Source: a virus (taxonomy: Duplodnaviria > Caudoviricetes). Taken from it: 64,000 nucleotides of DNA. The stretch lies in the IMG/VR virus record IMGVR_UViG_3300048881_000780, one strand, 5' to 3'. Positions within the stretch are counted from its first letter, which is position 1. The number at the start of each line of letters is the position of its first letter. The notes beneath the pieces were generated by a model. The model did no database searches. It saw nothing but the letters and a program-made list of their open reading frames with translations, and was not told the origin of the DNA. Position numbers and translations under genes: made by a program. Of the stretch, positions 49,407-57,700 are shown piece after piece.

Positions 49407-49703
49407 ATGAATGATGTAATAGAACTAGAAAGAGATGATTTTGTTCTAATTAAAAATAAGCTTGTTAAGAGAATAGAGATTTCCGACGAGTCTAAAAAGA
49501 ATATCAGAATCTCAAATGACAAAATTGTTTCAATGTTTGTGAGTTACTATAATTATAAAAGCATTGAACCTATAGGAGAAATTGATTCTGTTGGTTACTT
49601 CGTTGATACTATTAATTTTCAAGAAAGATCTTATACTCTTTCTTTTATTTTTAGATACCAATCAGGAACGATTATTATAGAAGAGATATTTTTGGAGATT
49701 TAA
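49407..49703 (+). CDS. Putative toxin of toxin-first TA module 2
   Basis: Paralog of 45422 (IELE..F....LVKRIEI.D...SND.I...GYF.D...FIF.Y.S.TI.IE). Confidence 0.55.
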   Translation: MNDVIELERDDFVLIKNKLVKRIEISDESKKNIRISNDKIVSMFVSYYNYKSIEPIGEIDSVGYFVDTINFQERSYTLSFIFRYQSGTIIIEEIFLEI

Positions 49704-49704
49704 T

Positions 49705-50040
49705 ATGTTTACAAAGGAAGAAGAGAGCCTCATCAAGAAATGTAAAGGGAAAATAAAGAAAGGAGAAGCTCTTGCCTCTCAGTCTGGAATGCATATGGAT
49801 ACTCTTAATGGCAGATTTAAAACATCTATTGTCAGTATGTTAATTGGTTATAAACATGAAAATAACTTAACAAATGTAGAGCTATCAAAGAAAATGAAGA
49901 TCTCAGAATCTCAAGTATCTAGAATATTGGCCTATCATCTAAAAAGTATATCTCTTGATTACTTAGTTGATTGCATTGATCGACTAGGAATGAATGAGAC
50001 TCACCTACTCTCTCTAAAAATCAAAAAGTCTGTCGCTTAA
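49705..50040 (+). CDS. XRE/HigA-like HTH antitoxin 2
   Basis: LTNVELSKKMKISESQVSRILAYHLKSISLDYL. Confidence 0.75.
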   Translation: MFTKEEESLIKKCKGKIKKGEALASQSGMHMDTLNGRFKTSIVSMLIGYKHENNLTNVELSKKMKISESQVSRILAYHLKSISLDYLVDCIDRLGMNETHLLSLKIKKSVA

Positions 50041-50068
50041 ATACTCAGATTGTAGAAGTCAGATGATG

Positions 50069-50437
50069 CTAGCTTTTAACCTTCCATACTCGAACAGGCT
50101 TTCTAAAATTTATTGCCTGATCTACTCCAGGTAAATTACTACCCCATGACCAAAATGGAGCTTCCTTCATTTCTGTTAGTAACACCAGCTTATTTGTCAT
50201 CTCTGATTTGTCACATCCACCGCTAGTTAGAGATATACTACGCTCTCTTAAAATATATTCTCCATTGCTGGTTTGATATTCATCTCCGTCTTCCCAAAAG
50301 TGCATAATTCTAGAAACGGAACCATCTTCCTTTATGACATACTCCCCTATCATTGGTTCACTATCCTCACACCTATCTAGATAGTTTTGATAGTGCTTAT
50401 CGATTATCTCTTGGTCGTATTTACTCATTTTTTTCAT
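50069..50437 (-). CDS. Hypothetical plasmid-type protein
   Basis: 122 aa; GGGAG RBS; TACGATAA box. Confidence 0.7.
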   Translation of the reverse strand: MKKMSKYDQEIIDKHYQNYLDRCEDSEPMIGEYVIKEDGSVSRIMHFWEDGDEYQTSNGEYILRERSISLTSGGCDKSEMTNKLVLLTEMKEAPFWSWGSNLPGVDQAINFRKPVRVWKVKS

Positions 50438-50496
50438 TAAGAATCTCCCTTGAGTTACTTATCGTAACTTTACGATAAGATAGAAAAGGAGGCTTG

Positions 50497-51015
50497 ATGA
50501 GCTTTATAAAATATAATGATTTTTTTAGAAAATTTAACCTAGTAAAAGATTTATCAGATTTACCAAGAGAGCTTTCTGATAAAATAAAGTCGGAAGATAT
50601 AAGATGTGAGATCGAATATAGAGATAATTATATTTCCTTTCAGTTTAAATCAAAAAGTTTAAAACATGTCGAAGATTGGATATCTAAAAACCCTGGCAGT
50701 ATGCATATAGGATGTCTAACTATCGAAGATAGAGTATTTAGCTATCACAACCATCAGAGAACAGCCAATAGAGAGTATGCATTTATTATTCTTGGAGAGG
50801 TTGATAAATTTTTAAGCACTTGTCAGCTAGATGAAGACCTAATTGATGAAATAGATATCTTAGAAAGTGAACTTGATGTAGCTTCCACTAACAGTGAAGA
50901 AAAAGAGTTGATCAACGAGATATTATCAAAATCTCGAGACATTTTAAAATGGGAGCATAGCTCAGATGAAAATATGGGTTATGCCAGAAAATATATATCT
51001 AAATACGAAAGTTAA
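50497..51015 (+). CDS. Hypothetical protein
   Basis: AGGAGG RBS; TACGATAA box. Confidence 0.75.
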   Translation: MSFIKYNDFFRKFNLVKDLSDLPRELSDKIKSEDIRCEIEYRDNYISFQFKSKSLKHVEDWISKNPGSMHIGCLTIEDRVFSYHNHQRTANREYAFIILGEVDKFLSTCQLDEDLIDEIDILESELDVASTNSEEKELINEILSKSRDILKWEHSSDENMGYARKYISKYES

Positions 51016-51121
51016 TTATACATACATACGCGATAGGTTCTCTTTTTTAATTCATGTATATGTATGTATATTTTAAATTTATTAGATATTTAAGCTCTCT
51101 AAATATACATTAAAAAGAAAA

Positions 51122-51703
51122 TCATACTTCTATCTTTTTATTTTCATGTATATTTGTATTGATTTTATTTTCGGCCTCTTCTCTTGATATATTTAGATTA
51201 TCCATGAGAACTTTAATTTCTTTATTCTTAATTCGCTCAACCCTTTTAAGTTTGTCACAATCTTTACAAGAGGATCTTCTGTTTTTTAATCCATGGCTAT
51301 CAATAACAAAATCATCAATATGTTTTGGTAAATTACAAACGGAGCATATTTTCTTATCTGTTTGCAAATTACTTAATGCAACTTTTCTAGCGTCACCTAT
51401 AGATAAATTTCTTTCACTTGCTATTGATTTTACTAAAGACTCTAGAGAAGAATTAATTCTCTTTTTCTTATCGCATTCTTTACAGGATGACCTTCTACCT
51501 TTCTTACCATTTTTATCGACGACAAAATCATTTAGATTTAGTATTTGCTGACAAGATGAGCACTTCTTTGCACCTAAGATCTCTTGCTTAGTTATTGAGC
51601 TTGATGATTCGTGATGAAAGATCTTATTGTTATTTATAAAAGACATTAAATCTTCGAACTCTTTATCACTTTTAAACATGAATGAAATAGTCTTATTAAT
51701 CAT
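51122..51703 (-). CDS. Tandem zinc-finger protein (two CxxC...DF..D..G...RRSSCKxC modules)
   Basis: Internal duplication; finger similar to 43510..43824. Confidence 0.75.
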   Translation of the reverse strand: MINKTISFMFKSDKEFEDLMSFINNNKIFHHESSSSITKQEILGAKKCSSCQQILNLNDFVVDKNGKKGRRSSCKECDKKKRINSSLESLVKSIASERNLSIGDARKVALSNLQTDKKICSVCNLPKHIDDFVIDSHGLKNRRSSCKDCDKLKRVERIKNKEIKVLMDNLNISREEAENKINTNIHENKKIEV

Positions 51704-51803
51704 TCGTTAGAAATAGCGTGAAACGAATATAATGGCAATTAGTACTGTAGTATTTTCAATAAATTAGTTCTAGCTTATTAAATTATAACGAGTTAAATGA
51801 CAT

Positions 51804-52526
51804 TTATTCGTCATCAAAGAAGAGTTTTTCAAACTCTTTGTAGGCCGAAATATCTCTGTGGACCCAGATTCCTTCGGAGTTTTCAGCATCCTTTTTACAG
51901 TAAATAACTTCCATATTGTACTTGTTTCCATTTAAATTATATTCACAATTCGTTATTAAAACTTTACCAGACATTGAAGTCCCTTCTTTCCACATCGTTT
52001 TTGCAGTTTCCTTTCCTACCAAATAACCACTTGGAACAACTTGTTGATCAACACCAAGTAAGTCCATTAAACTTTGAGAAAGTCTTGTCTCATCGGGATT
52101 TGAGAAGTTTAAGTCATATCTATTAAAAGAGGGATCTTTAATTATTGATTTAATAGAAGAGTTTTGAAACTCCATCTGCTCCATCATCTCAACACAGTGA
52201 AAGAAGTTGTAAATATCCGACTCTGAGTACTGATTAATTGAAAAGAATTCCTTGGCCTCACTTTTTGAAATTGAATAGATTTCATAATTTTTTAAAATAC
52301 TCTCACCTTTGCAAATTTCAGAAAGAGAGAGATTTAATACTTTGCAAATATCGGATAGTACTTTTATCTTAGGCGCAATTTCTCCGTTTTCAATTCTTTG
52401 ATAACTTCTGAGGCTAATATTGACCTGAAAGGCCACTTCCTCTTGAGTGAGTCTGTGAAATTTTCGACTTCCAGATAATCTAATCGCTATCGATTTTAAA
52501 AAACTATTTATTGCGGCCTTGTTCAT
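51804..52526 (-). CDS. XRE HTH regulator with PAS-like C-terminal domain
   Basis: LTQEEVAFQVNISLRSYQRIENGE; C-terminal GIWVHRDIS. Confidence 0.8.
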   Translation of the reverse strand: MNKAAINSFLKSIAIRLSGSRKFHRLTQEEVAFQVNISLRSYQRIENGEIAPKIKVLSDICKVLNLSLSEICKGESILKNYEIYSISKSEAKEFFSINQYSESDIYNFFHCVEMMEQMEFQNSSIKSIIKDPSFNRYDLNFSNPDETRLSQSLMDLLGVDQQVVPSGYLVGKETAKTMWKEGTSMSGKVLITNCEYNLNGNKYNMEVIYCKKDAENSEGIWVHRDISAYKEFEKLFFDDE

Positions 52527-52583
52527 GTATTGTCTATATCTCAAAATATAGACTATTCTACAAGGAATAAAGATCAAACGGGC

Positions 52584-52979
52584 TTATTCATCAGGTTCTT
52601 CATCGCTGTTATCAATAACTGTAGTTGGAATATTCAATAAAATATCCGAATCGCTCTTTAAATTTTCTTCAGCCTCTTTGATTTTAAATAAGAAATGATG
52701 AAGATCTCGAATAGATCCATTTAGATGTTGTGAATACTGCTCGAACTCTCTCGTTTCTACATTTTTTAATAAATCCTCTATTGAGTAATTTAGAATATTG
52801 CAAAGTTTATTTAATGTTTTTAACTTGGGAGAAAAGCTTCCCTGCTCTAAAAGTTTTAGATTTTTAACTGAAATTCCAACTTCTTTAGAAACGTACTCTT
52901 CAGTTAAATTTAATTCCAATCTTCTCTCTTTTAACTGAGAGGAAAGTAACTCCAGAAGTTCACTATAAGACTCTTCCAT
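52584..52979 (-). CDS. XRE HTH regulator
   Basis: LKERRLELNLTEEYVSKEVGISVKNLKLLEQG; AGGAGG RBS before ATG 52979. Confidence 0.8.
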   Translation of the reverse strand: MEESYSELLELLSSQLKERRLELNLTEEYVSKEVGISVKNLKLLEQGSFSPKLKTLNKLCNILNYSIEDLLKNVETREFEQYSQHLNGSIRDLHHFLFKIKEAEENLKSDSDILLNIPTTVIDNSDEEPDE

Positions 52980-53083
52980 ATGATCCTCCTTCAATAGAGT
53001 ACCTATGTAGTAATTATCGAGGTAAACAGAGGTAGACACAAGGAATAATAAAGTTTCCACACCTAAATATTTCTAAAGTTTTG

Positions 53084-54268
53084 TTAGTATTTAATATCTT
53101 TAGTTATTGAAGTTTTGGAGTCCCTATCCGTGTCAACGTATTTTATTGTCTGATTTGATGATTGTGTATGAAAAGTGCTAGAAAGAGTTGGCATATCACA
53201 AGTTTTACTAAGCTCTGTGATTACTAACGTTCTTAGAGAGTGAGGCCTTTGGTACGTCTTATCTATCTTGTCACAAAATGCGGAGATCGCCTTTCTTAAG
53301 TAACCCGTTGTTATTCTCTTATAGTTTCCGTTCTTTGATCTTCTATGTAGCGTCTGCAAGAAGCTTTCATAGATCCTAGTCTTTCTTTGTTTTAATCCAT
53401 TACAATCCGGACACTGATGAGAATCAAAACTTTCAAACTCACATAGCTCACAAATGAATCCATTAATATAATGTCTTGCTGATAATATCTCTTCTTTACT
53501 TCTGGCCACATATCCCTTATATCTCGCTCGAGAGACTAATCTTTTTTCAAATAGTTCTAACTGATCTAAGTATTGATCGAGTGCTTCTAAGGCGCTGTCT
53601 GAAAGAGTGAAGATTCTTTCTAGGTTAGTTTTCTTTTCTTTGAACTTAAAATAGAAGTCACCTTCTTCAGAATATTTTAAATCATTAAAACTCATTCTAA
53701 CCAAGTCGATAGATCGCATACCAGTATAGGATAGAAAGAGAATTGCAAATCTTCCGAACATTTCTTTATACGTTAATATATCTAAATCTTTAAATTCAAT
53801 AATCTCTGTAATGACATCTTTATCGGCCTTAGCAGTTAAAATCCTACCAACATCTCTAATATCTTTAACTTTTTTTACAACTTTAACTGGATTGGATTTT
53901 ACGATATCTAAATCTTCAGCAATTTGATAAAACGATTTAATTATATTTATCTCAAGATTTCTCGTTGTAGGTGCCCCACTTCTTGTTTCAAAATAAAGAA
54001 GTGCCTGCTCCTTAGTAACCATATCAAATTTAACTTCATGGCATTCAAAAAAATCTAACCATCTAGAAATTGCTCGATCATAATTTCTTCTAGAGTTTTT
54101 ATTTTTAAGTCTATTAAAGATATGAACTAAGACTGTTGCTAACCTTGGTTGATTTTTTAAGAAGGAAAGTGATGACAAATCACTAAGTTCTCTTTGTGTG
54201 CTTATCTCTAATTTTTTAACAACTTGATTCATGGTAAAAAGATCCAGGTAGATAAGTTGCATCCCCAT
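53084..54268 (-). CDS. XerC/D-like tyrosine recombinase with Zn-ribbon insertion
   Basis: YTGMRSID (R), KEKKT (K), PHSLR (HxxR), terminal TIKY (Y); CELC...CPDC insert. Confidence 0.9.
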   Translation of the reverse strand: MGMQLIYLDLFTMNQVVKKLEISTQRELSDLSSLSFLKNQPRLATVLVHIFNRLKNKNSRRNYDRAISRWLDFFECHEVKFDMVTKEQALLYFETRSGAPTTRNLEINIIKSFYQIAEDLDIVKSNPVKVVKKVKDIRDVGRILTAKADKDVITEIIEFKDLDILTYKEMFGRFAILFLSYTGMRSIDLVRMSFNDLKYSEEGDFYFKFKEKKTNLERIFTLSDSALEALDQYLDQLELFEKRLVSRARYKGYVARSKEEILSARHYINGFICELCEFESFDSHQCPDCNGLKQRKTRIYESFLQTLHRRSKNGNYKRITTGYLRKAISAFCDKIDKTYQRPHSLRTLVITELSKTCDMPTLSSTFHTQSSNQTIKYVDTDRDSKTSITKDIKY

Positions 54269-54704
54269 GACTAGATAGTATCTTAACTAACTTCCATTTT
54301 AATTCGTGATTTTTGAAATCTTCTAAAGGGGAACCTGACTCGAGATAATGAAGTATTTCTAAAACAGTAAAAAGAGATGAATAAGACTCTCTAATTTCCT
54401 CTTGATCACCTTTTTTTAAAGATTGCTCATATATTGAAATACGTAATTTTATTTCTTCTAATTGTTTTATCTCAAGTTCTTTGGCCTTTTTAGCGTAATT
54501 ACTTAAATATTTAATGATTGAGCCATCCCCAGCATTTTTTCTAAAAACTCTTGGATCCAATTCTTTTTTAAAGCTTTTAAAATTACTATAGACGCTTTGC
54601 GACAATTGAGCATGAAGAGAGTATGTTTTATGTAACTTGCTGTTTTTAGGCTTTTTAATGGATTTAAGATCACTCAATAGTTCTGAAATTTGTACTTCAT
54701 TCAT
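54216..54704 (-). CDS. Hypothetical protein overlapping the recombinase start
   Basis: 162 aa; TAGAAT-N7-ATG. Confidence 0.65.
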   Translation of the reverse strand: MNEVQISELLSDLKSIKKPKNSKLHKTYSLHAQLSQSVYSNFKSFKKELDPRVFRKNAGDGSIIKYLSNYAKKAKELEIKQLEEIKLRISIYEQSLKKGDQEEIRESYSSLFTVLEILHYLESGSPLEDFKNHELKWKLVKILSSHGDATYLPGSFYHESSC

Positions 54705-54797
54705 AAGTAATATTCTATCTCCAATTCTCTATAAGTCCAAATGCCTTTTTAAAATTTTTGTCTCCAAAAAATTATAATAATCAAAATAGGAGTAAAT

Positions 54798-57700
54798 ATG
54801 TTCACTAAAAGATTATTATCAATCATTTTAACCTCATTCCTTCTTACAGGATGTGTAAAACCCACAAATAACAATAAAGGTCCAAGCGTATTAAACGAAA
54901 TTGAAGAAACTAAATCAGAGCAATATATCTCTGTTATTGTTAATTCTAATTACAAAGTTATAGATTCAATAGCTAACTTGGGTTCCAATATCGGTTGGTC
55001 ATCTAGAGTCCTTGATATTTGTGAGATCAGAGAAAATGCTGGTAATTATGAAGTTAGATTAAAGGACGGACTCAGCTTTACGAAAGATACAATCATTTTC
55101 GCAAACGCAAACGATAAACTTGTTGGTTTTATGTTTGAAGGTGTTGAAGATGTTGGAGGCACTTTAAATGGAGTTATTGTAGATATCGCTCCAGAAATTA
55201 GTCAGATTATCAGTATTCCTATCGTTAGCGAAAGTGCTCCATCTGTTAACTTAAGATCTCCAAAAATAAAAATCATTTTAGATGGAGAAACAGTTCCTCA
55301 AACGTACACAGGCTTATCAATTACTTCAAGAGGTAGAATCAGTGTCCCAAAAGATATAGGTGGAGAAGTAATTATTGAATCAAACCGTAGAGAATACGGG
55401 AGATTTACTTTAACTAGGTTTGGACCAGGTTCTCTAGTTATGCCTGATCTTATTCCGGAATTCAATCCAACGGCCATAACATTATCAACAGATGAAGATG
55501 TAACTGAAGCATTTCAAATTCCTGAGGCATCTTTTCCAGCCGTCGGAGTACAGGAGTATGAAGTTAGAGATAATCCAACTAATGGAACACTAGCTTGTAC
55601 AAATAGAGATTGTTCTTACACTCCAAACCCTGGATTTGTGGGGGTGGATACTTTTTCAGTAAGAGCGTTTTTAGATAGATCACCTAGTGAGCCACTAGTG
55701 TACACAATGAATGTTCTAGACACTCCAGATAATCCGATCCTTGAGGATGCAAATCTTGTTGTTACTGATGAAAATACTCCTGTAGCTTTTAATTTAGCTA
55801 ATGCAACTGATCCAGATGGTGATGTAAATTTAACATACACAATTGTTTCTCCACTTGGAGCGGGAGACGGAACTCTTACATGTTCTGTAATGCCAGCTTG
55901 TAATTATACTCCAGTGAATGGATTTGTTGGCGAAGTAAGTTTCACATTAAAAGTAACTGACTCGACAGGCTTAGATTCTCAAACTAAGATTCAAAGAATT
56001 CAAGTTAACAATGTTAATGATGCTCCTGTTTTAGATGACCCTGTATTAGTTGAAACAAATCAAGCAACACCTGTTACATTTAATCTACCATCAGCAAGTG
56101 ATGCTGATGGTGATGCAATAACATATTTCAAAGAGAGTGATCCTTCTAATGGCGGAATAAGCTGTAATTTATCAGCTAATCCAAAGACTTGTACTTATTC
56201 TCCAAATATTTCATTTGTTGGTGATGACTCTTTTTCTATTTACGTTGAAGATTCAAATTCTGCTAGATCTGCATCTAAAACTATAACAATAAGAGTTCAT
56301 GACGTTAACGAGGCTCCAACAATCGCAGCTCAAAGCGTTGCCTACTCTACGAATGAAGATACTACTCTAACTGGAATGCAATTACCTCTAGGTAGTGACC
56401 CAGACGGAGATGCTGTTAGACATGTAGTTGTCACTAATCCAGCAAACGGATCAATAACTTGTTCAAATTCAGGGCTATGTAATTATACTCCATCTCTAAA
56501 CTTCAATGGTACAGACACTTTGCAAGTAAAGGTAACTGACGAATCACTTGATTCAGAAATTAGAGATATCACAATTACTGTAAACCCAATTAATGATGCT
56601 CCTGAGTTATCTATTGCGTCGGGACCTGTTACAACTCCTGAAAACACTCCAGTCACATTTACAATCCCAATGACCGCTTCTGATGTAGATAACACTCAAG
56701 GTGAATTAACATGGAATGTTTCGGCCCCAGTAAATGGATCGATTGACTGCTCAAGTGCTCCAAGTTGTACTTATACTCCAAATAACTCATTTATAGGAAG
56801 TGAATCTTTAGATATTTATGTTTCTGATTTAGAGCCACTATCTTCAATAACAAGATCTCTAACGATTGATATTACAAATGTAAATGATGCCCCAGTGCTA
56901 GAGGAAATGGCCGGAGCAGTTATAACTAACGAAGATACTTTAGTTAATTTTCAACTACCAAATGCAAGTGATGCAGATGGAGACTCTCTTACATGGTTAG
57001 CTCACACTCAACCAGCTAACGGGACTCTATCTTGTAATGCTTCTGGAAATTGTGATTATACTCCATCTCTAAATTTTAACGGAGCAGACACATTTAAAGC
57101 AAAGGTTAATGATGGTTCACTAGATTCAAATATTGTTGATGTATCCATTACTGTTAATCCAATTAATGATGCCCCTGAATTATCTGTAGCCTCAAATGCA
57201 ATCAATACTCCTGAAGATACGCCGATTACTTTTACAATTCCAATGACTGCTACAGATGTAGATAATGCTCAAGGTGAATTAATATGGAGTGTTTCGGCCC
57301 CAGCGAATGGATCGATTGACTGTTCAAGTGCTCCAAGTTGTACGTACACTCCGAATTTAAACTTTGTGGGATCAGAAAGTTTATCTATTTCAATTTCAGA
57401 TCTTGAACCACTATCTTCTTCAGTTAGAACTCTAGAGATCAACGTTTCAAACTCAAATGATGCTCCAGTTCTGGCCTCTGTTTCAGATTTATCAACTGAT
57501 GAAGATCAGTCGGTTGATTTCACATTATCTGCAACTGACGCCGATGGAGACGCAATTAGTTATCTAGTTGAGTCACAAGGTGGTAACGGTTCAGTTTCTT
57601 GTGTAGATGAAAACTGTACATATACTCCAAACCTTAACTTTAATGGATCTGACTCTTTCCAGATGAAAGCAAATGATTCAACTGTGGATTCAAATATTAT

